Positions 1-11,368 are shown, counted from the stretch's first letter. The stretch: DNA of 25,394 bases from Octopus sinensis (GCF_006345805.1 NW_021836106.1:1-25394); one strand, 5' to 3'. The notes: generated by a model from the sequence alone, not told the origin. Made by a program: numbers and translations.

Positions 1-172
1 GCTGCGTTAGGCAGTCCCTTCCATTACGGAACCCATGTTGGTATGAGATCAGCCGTCTGTTGCTTTCCAGAAATTGGGTTATTTGAGATCTCACCACCCT
101 CTCAAATACCTTGATGATATGAGAGGTGAGTGAGATCGGACGGTAATTCACTGCAAGGGACTTGTTTCCCTT
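1..172 (-). mobile_element. Non-LTR retrotransposon (CR1/Jockey group) reverse-transcriptase fragment, running off the window edge
   Basis: The minus strand from 172 translates without stops to [57 protein letters not shown]. This has the LINE RT motifs NYRPISLTS..K..ER and QHGFR.GR.CLTQ. The ORF track missed it. Confidence 0.88.
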
Positions 173-749
<577 letters not shown>

Positions 750-753
<4 letters not shown>

Positions 754-941
754 TAGTTAATCCAAACATGAAAACAGAAAGAGAAATCACAACAACGCTA
801 GGACGTGGAACAAGTATAGTATTATTGGACGCTCAGGAAAGAAGGAAAGAAGGAGGGTTTAACGTTTCGAACGGAGCCCTTCGTCAGAAACATAGGAAAA
901 GGAAAGATCCAAAGAAGGGAAGAAGGAGGGAAAATATCGCC
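750..941 (-). mobile_element. Short non-autonomous PLE-type (pLTR-like) element carrying a minimal hammerhead ribozyme, embedded in (TA)n
   Basis: About 190 bp of non-repetitive sequence bounded by (TA)n on both sides (173-749 and 942-960), with a hammerhead core at 857-891. Confidence 0.6.
857..891 (-). ncRNA. Minimal type I hammerhead ribozyme (dimer-type, PLE-associated)
   Basis: Minus strand reads GUUU-CUGACGA-A-GGGC-UCC-GUUC-GAAA-C-GUU^AAAC. The core is intact, stem II is GGGC/GUUC, stem III is the palindrome AACGUU and stem I is GUUU/AAAC. Confidence 0.72.
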
Positions 942-1475
942 ATATATATATATATATATACATCACCTCCAGAGAAAATTTGTATCTGAATCTGTTCTAC
1001 ACGGATGAATATATATCTGTACACATAGAGTTCTCTGTGTATGAACATAAATGTTTATATTATTGGTACATCTCTCTCCTTCAAATATATTTACGAAATA
1101 TTTTTATGACTGTTTTGGCATATTCTGTCTGAAGAAAGTTGAACAGTCGAAAAATTGTATCTACTGATTACATATAAGTTCTCTCTTGACAATAAATATA
1201 CAATACAAACGATATTATCCGCTTTCATGCTCAATTATACAGGCATTGTGTCGAATGTTCTATGTTTTATTCAACTGATTTTTCATTCTCTTTTACTATT
1301 TTTCATTTGTATAATCTTGGACTACATATCTCGTGTGACTGTCGCAAAATCTTTTGGCGATATTCATTTTTGATTATATTGGTACACCAGTGGAAGAATT
1401 ACAGTACTTTTGAATTAGGAAATTTTTTAGATATTCTATTTTTATTTTTTATTATGCAATCACTTTATTTGTTGT

Positions 1476-1485
1476 GTATAGATAT

Positions 1486-1531
<46 letters not shown>

Positions 1532-1535
1532 TATA
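1476..1535. repeat. (TA)n microsatellite
   Basis: Directly visible. Confidence 0.9.
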
Positions 1536-1690
1536 TGTGTATTACAACTTCTGCATCCATGCTTAAAGGTAACACCTATATTATTACAAACCCACCTTTG
1601 AAATGTTTCAAATACACTTTGAAATATATAGTTACATGCAGTGGATGTATGCGCATCAATACAAAACTCACAAGTACAAACATATGTGTA

Positions 1691-1722
<32 letters not shown>

Positions 1723-1841
1723 TGGAGAGAGAAGGAGTGTATTCCCATTCAGGAAAAAAAATAGGACAATTTGTTTTGGGATTTGAAAATCCACTGGAAT
1801 CTCAAAACATGTTGTCGTTTTGGGATTTTGTTTTAGTTTTC

Positions 1842-2072
1842 TATTTCTTCACCAACCACGAGGGGTTAAACACAGAGGGGACAAGCAAGGACAGACAAAC
1901 GGATTAAGTCGATTATATCGCCGCCTGTGCGTAACTGATACTTTATTTATCGACCCCGAAAATATGAAAGGCAAAGTCGACCTCGGTGGAATTTGAACTC
2001 AGAACGTAGCGGCAGACGAAATACCGCTAAGCATTTCGCTCGGCGTACTAAGGATTCTGCCAGTTAGCCGCC
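1842..2072 (-). mobile_element. tRNA-derived SINE, family A (GGCGAGCTGGCAGAA head), tail type 1
   Basis: Reverse complement aligns end to end with the copy at 10456-10692 (head, GAGTTCAAATTCC B-box, GGTCGACTTTGCCTTTCAT core, AGAAATAG end). Confidence 0.9.
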
Positions 2073-2734
2073 ATATTTTGCTTTAGATTTATACAAATAG
2101 CAAACCAGTTTCGACAATTGTTTTGATTACCTAAGGTAAACATAAATAAATAAACAAATGGTTTAGGAGTGTTTAGAGTTACGAAGTTATATTTGGAAAA
2201 CATATTTAAACGATCAAATGTTCAAATGTTGACAGAAATGTCAATGGCTTTGGTATTTGAATTTTGTATTTATTACAAAATTTATAAACGACTACACGTT
2301 TTGAGATTCAGGTGCATTTTCAAAGCCCTAGAAAAATTCTCCTATATATATATATGTGTATTTTTCTATGTGCGTGTATCTGCGTGTACGTGTGTGTGTG
2401 TATGTGTTAGCGTGCGTACATGCATTACACTTTTAAATATTTTAATTATAGGTCGACAAATATGCTGTGCATTGAACAGTCTACTCAATCAGATTGACTC
2501 TGCTACTTCTTTTGTAATTTTATACTTAGCGTATCGTTGAAATCTGCAGAACAACCAAGATACAAAGTCAACAAATGATTATTTCTCGTTGTCGAGTAGT
2601 GAGAATCAAACGCAAACAATTCATGTAGACTTACGCACAAAAACACACACACACTCATTTTCACACATCCATTCTCTCTCTCCCCGCCCGCTCTCTCTCT
2701 CTCTCTCTCACTCTCTGTACTCTTTCGCCACAGC

Positions 2735-2879
2735 TTTCTCCCACTCTTTCTTCTCTTGGCCTGCTCGCTTAGCCAGTGGGGTGACGTCATTTGGAGGCTA
2801 AAGTAATGCGAAGCGCATTGTGGCCAGCGATGTGTAGCAACATCTGATAGCCTGGTCGGTCACGGTGATCACGGTGATA
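2735..2879 (+). mobile_element. Probable 3' part of an interspersed SINE-like repeat, ending in tandem CACGGTGAT x2
   Basis: GC-richer block after (CT)n, ending in a short tandem tail (2861-2878). It resembles a recalled octopus repeat; there is no second copy in the window. Confidence 0.4.
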
Positions 2880-4214
2880 TGTGTTTATATCTTTATTTTC
2901 CTCTGCGCGCACGTGTGTGTATGTATGTGTGTGTGTGTGTGTGTGTGTTCATGTGCGTGTGTATGTATCGTTTTTAGCTGTATATATGCGTGAGTGGTTG
3001 GCTGTCATACAATCTGACGTTGCAATTCCCTGGAACTAATTTAAGTGTGAAACGTTTAATTGACCAGCATACTGTGTAGAAGTAGAAGTAGGACCACTAC
3101 AGTACCGTATATTTTAACTAATGTGTTATAAAGTGCATGTGTTATGATTATTTGACCAGTATACTGTGTATGATGCCTTTTGTACTTGAATTATCTCAAA
3201 TATAAATCGTTCATATGCGCATCATACAATTAATGTTTGCGTTTGTATTACAGTTTAAAATTCTATATCATTCGGACTGTAATTTCAAAAGGTGTATACT
3301 AATCTAATCATAACGTAATTCACTTTCTACACGTCAGAGATATTTTCTTAATCCTGTCCTATATATATATATGCATTAGTAAAGTCCATTCCATTGTGCG
3401 CCGTCACTAATAAAAGAGAGTGACCAAATTACGCAGTCGGGAACTTTAAGTAATATTGAAAATATCTCATAATCTGCATTTTCAATTCATAAGTTATATC
3501 GTAGTCTTTATATACATCATTTATTTCCATTAGTCAGGATTGTCACTCCTTTTATTACGACGAAATGCTCGCTTTGTCTACATGTAATTCTTCATGGTTG
3601 ATGCCCATCCCATAAATCATCTTACAACAGCGGTTAACATCCCTATTGATTTGCAATAACTTCTAAACATTGAATTATCTGCAATTAAAAATTTAGAATT
3701 TATAAAGGCTGCACCTACCTACTCAAAATTCATTTATTCCCACGCATAAATTCTTTTCTGAAGAACACAATTGTGATTAAAGTAAATTTCACCTGAATTC
3801 TCTTATCATAACCCAATTACATTGTATTCACAGGTTAATAGGATATTCTGCCTTTCATGTGTCTCCTTTTAATTCTTCCAATACAAAGACGCTATACGTT
3901 CGAATGCAACTTAAAAATATTTACTCGTCCGTACAACCAGCTACAAATAAAAAGCAGCCCCCACACCTAAAATCACACGTACTATTTATAAATATTCTAG
4001 ATATCATAAATTATTTTAGTTCGAATATCATGGGCCATATATCTGCCCCTGTACTACTGAATATCAGAGAGATTTTATTCTCTTTTCCTATCAGCAGGTC
4101 AATTTTATCCCACTATTATTTTATCATATGTTATTATACCATCATAATTATTGTTGGGAGACAATGGAGTTGTGCATAAACTAATCCAGTCTGGCTTTTA
4201 CATTTCATGTCCTC

Positions 4215-4520
4215 TCCAGTTTTGCTCAAGCCTGGGCTAGATTTAAAAAAATCATGGGTAGCCCAATCATCAGGATTCTTCTCTCGACCTTGCTGACGTA
4301 GTCCAAAGGAGTGCAGAGCATTACGTTTGGCTCTAGCTTGGTTGCAGGAGTTGCTGGAAGAGTGTCGAGTCGAACTTTAAACCGCCTACGCGGCTCCACT
4401 CCGGATTTCTTTGAAGGTTGTCTCCTTTCCGTAACCATGGATGGGGGCCCATACCGGGTACTGTCAGCCGGAGTCATCTGAGCCCGGGCTCGTGTCACGC
4501 AGGGTCATCACTCCCTGAAG
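4215..4520 (-). mobile_element. Probable RTE-clade LINE 5' UTR fragment
   Basis: GC-rich island. The minus strand contains TCTTCCAGCAACTCCTGCAACCAAGCTAGAGCCAAA (4326-4361), close to the recalled RTE 5'-region motif TTCCGGCAGCTCCTGCAGCCAAGCTGGTGCCAAA. Not verified by search. Confidence 0.4.
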
Positions 4521-5323
4521 TAGTGAAGAAAATCGCTACCAACTACCTAACCACCCACCACCTATACCATTATAATATGCTATTATATTCATAATCCCCG
4601 TGCTTTTGTGTTTACAGTAGGTTATTCTTATAATTTACATGTATATTCAGTTAAAATACAAGTATCTCATCTGATGAATCAGTGGTGAGCATTAGTCAAT
4701 ATCGAAGTCGTCAATATACGATTATTTTATAAGATGTCAATGCCAAGATCTTGCTGCTTACTCCTACAGAGTGAATCAATGAAAAAAATTTAAATCACGC
4801 TATACTGAACCAAAACGTGAATATATTGTTTATCAATGAAAATGTCTTCCAACATTATTAGTAGCCTGAGATTCGATAATTTGACTTATGAGATTTCTCA
4901 TTACCATTCCTTGTACAAACTTCACACGTAATTGAATTAATGAATATTATCAAATATGAAACCTCAGTAGACATTATTTATTCCACGGCAATTGTTCGCC
5001 GTGTTAACACAATGCATAATTTTATACGTTATTAACAATCAACTAATCTAGAAGGCAAACTAATGAGAGAAAATGTCGTCTTAAAGAGAACAATACCGGG
5101 GAGAAAATCTAAAAGAGAAACATGTTCTCTACACCATTGTATTTCTTTTACTTTTTCACGTCGGTTATGACTTAAAGGCTTTTAGCATTTACATTCATTT
5201 CATTTGCTTTCTTATCAAGTTATTTCTTCTCTAGCGTGTTCACTGCCTCCCACTCCCTTCCTCTTATTCATTTCTCATTTCATTCTTTTCTCTTCTTCCT
5301 TCTCTGTTCTTATACGGAGACTG

Positions 5324-5326
5324 TTA

Positions 5327-5363
<37 letters not shown>

Positions 5364-5372
5364 GATTTTGAT

Positions 5373-5405
<33 letters not shown>

Positions 5406-5495
5406 TATTATTAGCATCATCATCATCATCATCATCATCATCATTATCATTAGTATTATTATTATCATTATCATTATTATTATCCTTATTATTAT
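5324..5495. repeat. (ATT)n/(ATC)n microsatellite
   Basis: Directly visible; source of the poly-Ile and poly-Met ORFs. Confidence 0.95.
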
Positions 5496-5584
5496 TTTAT
5501 GTTTGACTTTTGCTTTACATTTGTACAAGCTGGCTCTCCAAGTCTCACCCAGAGACTTCAAGAGACAACAAGTTGGAAGTTCAA
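5496..5584 (-). mobile_element. Probable 3' terminus of a 5'-truncated restriction-like-endonuclease LINE (R4/Dong-like) ending in (AAT)n
   Basis: Minus strand ...GTCTCTTGAAGTCTCTGGGTGAGACTTGG...GTCAAACATAAAATAATAAT runs straight into the (AAT)n array. Family assignment is from recall only. Confidence 0.38.
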
Positions 5585-5775
5585 TGGCAGAATCGTTAGC
5601 ACGCCGAGCATTTCGTTTGTCTTCACGTTTGGAGTTCAAATTCCGCCAAGGTCGACTCTGCCTTTCATTCTTTAGAGGTTGATAAATTATTCACCAGTGA
5701 AACATTAGGGTCGATGTAATTGACTACGCCTCTCTTCCTAGAATTTCAGGCCTTTTACCTATAGTAGAACGGATT
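5585..5775 (+). mobile_element. SINE family A, diverged, tail type 2
   Basis: TGGCAGAATCGTTAGCACGCC head, GAGTTCAAATTCC, GGTCGACTCTGCCTTTCAT core, AATTTCAGGCCTT...TAGTAGAA tail. Confidence 0.85.
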
Positions 5776-5789
5776 GCTATTACTAATTT

Positions 5790-5966
5790 GCGAGCTAGCA
5801 CAATCGTTAGCACGCCGGGCAAAATGATTAGCTGTATTACGCCCGCCGCCACGTTCTAAGTTCAAATTTCTTCGAAGTCGACTTTACATGTTATCCTTTC
5901 CAGATAGGTAATCGACTTACTCCTTACCCCGAAATTTCAGGCCTTGTACCTATATTAGAAAGAATT
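5790..5966 (+). mobile_element. SINE family A, diverged and internally deleted, tail type 2
   Basis: GCGAGCTAGCACAATCGTTAGCACGCCGGGC head and GAAATTTCAGGCCTTGTACCTATATTAGAAAG tail, in tandem with the previous copy. Confidence 0.8.
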
Positions 5967-6458
5967 AAATATTATTACAAATATTATTATGGTTGTTGTT
6001 GGTGTTGGTGATGCTGTTGAATACCGTAGACAAACGAAGTTGAAGGGGCTCCTTAAGTGTGTGTTTATTTTCATTTCCAAGACGCATATAAAATAATTTC
6101 ATTTTATTATGAAGCAGAATTGCAAGAGTCTGGTCTATTTATTATACGCACCACATGCAATTTGTTGGAGAATATATGTTTTGCAATAAAAATAAAACAA
6201 TCAAATATGGCTTCCACACATTCAGTTTTTCATGCGAACCAGCAAGCTACTGGAAAAATTGGAATGACGTTAGGAGACCCAAACGGACGTGCCCACGCTC
6301 AACAAACCTACAGATACTTTTCACAAAGATTCGCAACCACATTCGTCGTAAGTATAGAGTATATAAATACACGGACTTTCGGTTGGTGTGGTGGCTGGAA
6401 TGCCAGTTGGATGTATGTTAACAGCATGTTTGAGACTCGCTCCCTTTCCTTCTTTATT

Positions 6459-6708
6459 GAGATCGAGCGAGTTTTTGCCCTTTTGCACGACGTGTGGTTT
6501 CAGTCCACACTGAGCCCACCTTGGGACACCTGCGTTACCGTTTGACAGACATACCGACCCAGTGAAACTCTCCGACCGACATTGTTCTCGACTAAGGGTC
6601 ACGCATCGGCGGCGTCGGCGCCCGCAAAAGCACTCGACATGGACCGCGCGTTTCGCACCAGATAATAGGCCACCGCTCGGTGACGGCCTGATCCCTTCTC
6701 CATCGAGT
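6459..6708 (-). pseudogene. Dispersed, decayed 28S (LSU) rRNA fragment covering the P-loop region
   Basis: The plus strand matches the antisense of the conserved 28S core: GATCGAGCGAGTTTTTGCCCTT...GGACACCTGCGTTACCGTTTGACAG...CCCAGTGAAACTC, against canonical GATCAAGCGAGCTTTTGCCCTT...GGACACCTGCGTTACCGTTTGACAG...CCCCAGTCAAACTC. The flanks are not rDNA. Confidence 0.9.
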
Positions 6709-7820
6709 GATCGGGTTTAATAGAAATGACACAGCGCTTTCGAAAACAACATAGGCCCAAATATAACTGCAATTCTCCTGAATCCAGATAGGTGGATGAT
6801 GGATCAAGAAAAGAGCAACAAATCATTAGATATCAGGGGTCTTTATGATCTTCCTTGCGATCGCAAGAATCATTATATCAGTCATTATTTTATTCAATAC
6901 CTATATAGGTATATAGTAATTCATTGATATCGGGGTATCCCAATCTTCAGTCAACTGAAAACATTTGTACGATTTATTTGTTCTGGTTGTATTTTGAGAA
7001 TATTCTTTGAAATTTGAGATAATATTTTGGATATAGAGCTATTTTGCAATAAATATAAAACTAGGTATTTTATGAATAATGTTCACTCTCCAACCGTTGG
7101 TTACCAATCACAACGGTTTCACATTGTACCTTGTAACGAATATTACTTCTTTTCTCTGCATCTTGCATAATAATGGAAAGCGTGTGTGATTCCAATTAAC
7201 AGCAAGTAAATTTGATACCACAATGAGAGTAACAAGTAGAAAATATTAGTAAATGCATCACCATATTTCTTATCAAAGGGACAAATGGTAAGAATTAACA
7301 CTACAGCTAACGTAATTATAAAGTATAAAATTTTATCACTTCCTCTAGTATAGGTTGCTTATAATGGAGGAAATTGCCTATTAAAGGACAAGATCAAATT
7401 TCGAAGAATTAATTTAATTATACAAAGATCTGAACAGATGCTAGAGGACTTTTAAATTATATTCCCATTAGTCAACACGGAGATCATAAATGCATACATA
7501 TATACATTCTGATAGACATATTTATGTGTTTGTGTGTGTGTGTGTGTATGAATGTATGTACACATGAGTGTGTGTATGTGTGTGTAAAGGATCTAAAAAA
7601 CAATTATTACAAATCCCGGCTATAGGTGTCGTGCTCTATATGTTACTAATAACATTTAAATTCCTTTGAGATAGCAATTTGTAATTAATGTGACGTATCA
7701 TTCTAAAAAAAAGAGCTGTTATGACATTACTAGTTACAGTTGTTTTAAATATTTTTGTATCCTACACGTATTTTCCACCAACAAATATATGCAAAGTGAC
7801 TGAGTGGCCTAATGTGGCAT

Positions 7821-8140
7821 GAAGCACTCCGGTGGTTACGACGACAAAGGTCTCAGCTGATACAATCAACGGAACAGCTTGCTCGTAAAATTAACGTGCA
7901 AGTGGCTGAGCACTCCACATACATGTGTACCCCTAACGTAGTTCTCAGGGAGATTCAGCGGGACACAGAGTGTGACAAGGCCGGCCCTTTTTGAATAACA
8001 GGTACAACTTATTTTTGCCAGCTGAGTGGACTGGAGCAACGTGACATAAAGTGTCTTTCTCAAGGACATGACGCGTCGCCAGTAATCGAACTCACGACCT
8101 TACAATCGTGAGCCAAATGCCCTAACCACTAAGCCACGCG
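7821..8140 (-). mobile_element. tRNA-derived SINE, family B, head variant 1
   Basis: Minus strand has A-box TGGCTTAGTGGTT and B-box GAGTTCGATTAC. The 3' ~170 bp aligns to 10955-11126. Confidence 0.85.
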
Positions 8141-8357
8141 TATAAAGCAACATAGTGACGTATAAAATAACATACTCTATTTGCCTTCTGTCGTTTACAT
8201 TATTGCGGTAAATTTTGTGACAATTCCTTATAAGGGATTCACACAAGTCCCTTTTCAGAAACACCTCAAGTCTTATTACTACTTTAACAACATATTTCTA
8301 CTACCAACACCAAAAATCACCGCAGATTTCAAGTGCGTGCATTTAATTCTTTGACAG

Positions 8358-8483
8358 CTTATTGAATTCACTCAATCTAAAGCCCGTGTTTCACATCACT
8401 CATCGATGTGTTAACTGGTGCGTTTGTGATCTAGGGAGCATTGACACGGACTGTATGCGAAGTCACTTGCAAGAACTGTTCAG
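8358..8483 (+). CDS. Candidate internal coding exon of an unidentified host gene (126 nt, phase 2-2)
   Basis: Acceptor TTCTTTGACAG, donor CAG|GTAAAT, length divisible by 3, one open frame (LLNSLNLKPVFHITHRCVNWCVCDLGSIDTDCMRSHLQELF), higher GC than the flanks. No family recognised. Confidence 0.28.
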
Positions 8484-9032
8484 GTAAATGCGGTACAAAT
8501 ATTCGTGTACACGCAGAAACATCATATATATCCAAAGCATACACATATATCCCCTACTGTAATATTTCCACTTAAAACTTAGTTTGAATAAAACCGATTG
8601 GAGTGTCATTTTATTTAGATCATCTTGAAATAAGGATAAAAGACCATTTATATTTATTGATCGGTAAATTATTATATTTATTTGAATTGTATCAAATAAA
8701 TATGCACGACGTAAACAAAAAATCTGTACATTAATACGTATTTCGATGATTCCCGTGACGAAATAGGTTTTGATTCCAGCATGAACTGGTTAACTGCTTT
8801 GGCTTAATTACGCAAGAAAAACAGGAAAACACCAATTTTGATTTTCCTTGTCAATAAACTCTCCAGCGTTTACCTATTCCTGCGCATTATACGATTGATT
8901 GTTTCCTTTAGAGACCATTTATAGATGAAACATATCATTAAGTGCACTCTCTCCCCCCTCTCTCTCTTTCTCTCTTTCTCTCTTCCTCGCTATCTGTCTC
9001 TCACTTTCTATCTTTCTCTCAATAAATATATA

Positions 9033-9440
9033 GGCGTAGGAGTGGCTGTGTTGTAAGTAGCTTGTTTACCAACCACATGGTTCCGGGTTCAGTCCCACGG
9101 CGTGGCACCTTGGGCAAGTTTCTTCTACTATAGCCTCAGGTCGAACAAAGCCTTGTGAGTGGATTTGGTAGACGGAAACTGAAAGAAGCCCGTCCATGTA
9201 TATGTTTATATATATGTGTGTGTGTATATGTTTGTGTGTCTGTGTCACCCCAACATCGCTTGACACCGATGCTGGTACTTTTATGTCCCCGTAACTTAGC
9301 GGTTCGGCAAAAAACACCGATAGAATAAGTACTAGGCTTACAAAGAATAAGTCCTGGGGTCAATTTTCTAGACTAAAGGCAGTGCTCCAGCATGGCCACA
9401 GTCATATGACTGAAACAAGTAAAATAGTAAAGAGTAGAGT
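9033..9440 (+). mobile_element. tRNA-derived SINE with CORE-like CCTTGGGCAAGT segment, internal (TA/TG)n and a GGCAGTGCTCCAGCATGGCC...GACTGAAACAAGTAAAA tail
   Basis: A-box-like TGGCTGTGTTGT, B-box GGTTCAGTCCC, and an AATAAGTCCTGGGGTC segment resembling the family A core. Confidence 0.8.
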
Positions 9441-10391
9441 ATGGTGATTCAAAGAACAGTGTCAAACATTTCATTCACGGGATTAGGAATTCGAACTTTG
9501 TTCCGGCAAAAGGCAATAACCAGGATGAAAATGTAATACTTGAAAAAGAGGTATCTCCCTTAAGGAATACCATGGGGTATTGCTTTGAGGTAGATTCTAC
9601 TGGTGGCAATGAAGCTTATAAGTGAAATTTTAGACACATTTTTTAGTTGGTAAAAAAGTGTTCATCAACTCCCGATTGGACAACTTCCTTCAAAATAACC
9701 TTGTGCCTTATTAATGATTCTCTATGGCACCTACCATTTACGTTATAATGAAATGTCTAAACCAACACTACATTAACATGCATATTTATTACAAGTTATT
9801 TTGCAATGAATACACAGTTAAGCCATTTGGTAAAGTCTTTAAATCGACTATTTACAGAATCATACAACAACAATCCACACAGTGTATATCATCCTGGCGA
9901 AAGTGCTTTCTGTAAAAGGTTGGCATACAGAGTAATCGACGCATATTCAATTAATAATGTCAGCACATACTGTTATGGTATCGTGATAGCCCTGTTAAGG
10001 ATTCCAACACCCTCTAAGCACAGCAATGCAAATAATATAATTTTGACTGGTGGTCTTTCTATATTTTTTTCCATTTTACACATCTTTAATAACTCATGCA
10101 CCTAATCACCGTCTTCTGAAACATATTGTAATGACAATTCTTATATTTTTTTCCATCTTTCTTCAAATTTTCTTCCATTTCTCGCCGAGTGCTTTCCGTA
10201 CACCTAGGGCAGAGAAGCTCATTATATGCATTCCCAGATTACACACGCAAATTCACAGGTAGAATATGTATTTTAAAAACTCAATAAATAAATAAATTCA
10301 TGAATGGATGTTGTTTTCACAGCGATAATGCTCTCCTCAGTATATGAGTCGTTCTAGTTAACAGGACTTTTGGCACTTCCTGTAGGACTGG

Positions 10392-10455
10392 TAAGCATGA
10401 GCTGGCAGGAACGTTGGCACGACGGGCGAAATGCTTAGCGGTATTTCGTCTGCAG
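10392..10455 (+). mobile_element. Truncated family A SINE head directly upstream of a full copy
   Basis: GAGCTGGCAGGAACGTTGGCACGACGGGCGAAATGCTTAGCGGTATTTCGTCTGC duplicates the first ~60 nt of 10456-10692. Confidence 0.85.
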
Positions 10456-10692
10456 TAAGGCGGTCAGCTGGCAGAAACGTTAGCACGCCGGGCGAAATGC
10501 TTAGCGGTATTTCGTCTGCTGTTACGTTCTGAGTTCAAATTCCGCCGAGGTCGACTTTGCCTTTCATCCTTTCGGGGTCGATAAATTAAGTACCAGTTAT
10601 GCACTGGGGTCGATATAATCGACTTAATCCCTTTGTCTGTCCTTGTCTGTCCCCTCTATGTTTAGCCCCTTGTGGGTAATAAAGAAATAGGT
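10456..10692 (+). mobile_element. SINE family A, full-length and little diverged, tail type 1
   Basis: Complete head, B-box GAGTTCAAATTCC, core GGTCGACTTTGCCTTTCATCCTTTCGGGGTCGATAAATTAAGTACCAG (Meta-domain-like, from recall), tail TAGCCCCTTGTGGGTAATAAAGAAATAGGT. Confidence 0.92.
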
Positions 10693-10757
10693 ATCATTTT
10701 CAAATAGGTTCCAGTACCTTATTATTATTATTATTATTATTATTATAATTATTATTA

Positions 10758-11126
10758 GTGGAGGCGCAATGGCCCAGTGGTTAGGGCAGCGGACTCACGG
10801 TCGTAGGATCGCGGTTTCGATTCCCACACCGGGCGTTGTGAGTGTTTATTGAGCGAAAACACCTAAAGCTCCACGAGGCTCCGGCAGGGATGGTGGTGAT
10901 CCCTGCTGTACTCTTTCACCACAACTTTCTCTCACTCTTACTTCCTGTTTCTGTTGTACCTGTATTTCAAAGGGCCGGCCTTGTCACGCTGAATATCCCC
11001 GAGAACTACGTAAAGGGTACACGAGTCTGTGGAGTGCTCAACCACTTACACGTTAATTTCACGAGCAGGCTGTCCCGTTGATCGGTCAACCGGAACCCTC
11101 ATCGTCGTGACCAACGGAGTGCTTCC
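10758..11126 (+). mobile_element. tRNA-derived SINE, family B, head variant 2
   Basis: A-box TGGCCCAGTGGTT and B-box GGTTTCGATTCCC; 3' half shared with 7821-8140; flanked by (ATT)n. Confidence 0.85.
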
Positions 11127-11130
11127 ATCA

Positions 11131-11161
<31 letters not shown>

Positions 11162-11171
11162 CATCATCATC

Positions 11172-11348
11172 TAAGGCGGTGAGCTGCCTGCATCGTTAGC
11201 AAGACAGGACAAAATGCTTAGCAGTATTTTGTCTGTCTTCACCACTTCGACGCCGGTAAAATAAGTACCAGTTGATCACTGGCATCGATGTAATCGACTC
11301 AACCGCTCACCCAAAATTCCAAGCCTTGTGCCTGTTGTAGAAGAGATC
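11172..11348 (+). mobile_element. SINE family A, internally deleted, tail type 2
   Basis: TAAGGCGGTGAGCTG head, AAATAAGTACCAG core remnant, AAGCCTTGTGCCTGTTGTAGAAGAGATC tail followed by (ATT)n. Confidence 0.8.
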
Positions 11349-11368
11349 ATTATTATTATTATTATTAT

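Noticed and set aside
87-137. Stable-looking hairpin GATCTCAC...GTGAGATC and a 12-mer (CACTGCAAGGGA) shared with the PLE 3' UTR
   Set aside because: The region is RT coding sequence on the minus strand; the hairpin and the 12-mer match are best treated as coincidental.
1121-1165. Hammerhead-like spacing CTGAAGA-N13-GAAA-AATT-GTA
   Set aside because: Stem II is weak, the C15.2-G16.2 pair is missing and stem I does not form. One or two such hits are expected by chance; at most a dead remnant.
2782-2789. Perfect CRE palindrome TGACGTCA
   Set aside because: A single 8-mer inside a probable repeat, with no promoter context.
4230-4273. Minus-strand CTGATGA followed by a 7-bp stem (TGGGCTA/TAGCCCA)
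   Set aside because: No GAAA follows the stem, so the hammerhead core is incomplete.
4671-4682. CTGATGAATCAG
   Set aside because: No stem II or GAAA in register.
7821-11126. tRNA genes at the A-box/B-box motifs (8070-8140, 9033-9100, 10758-10830)
   Set aside because: They are SINE heads: no complete cloverleaf or acceptor stem, and each continues into a repeat body.
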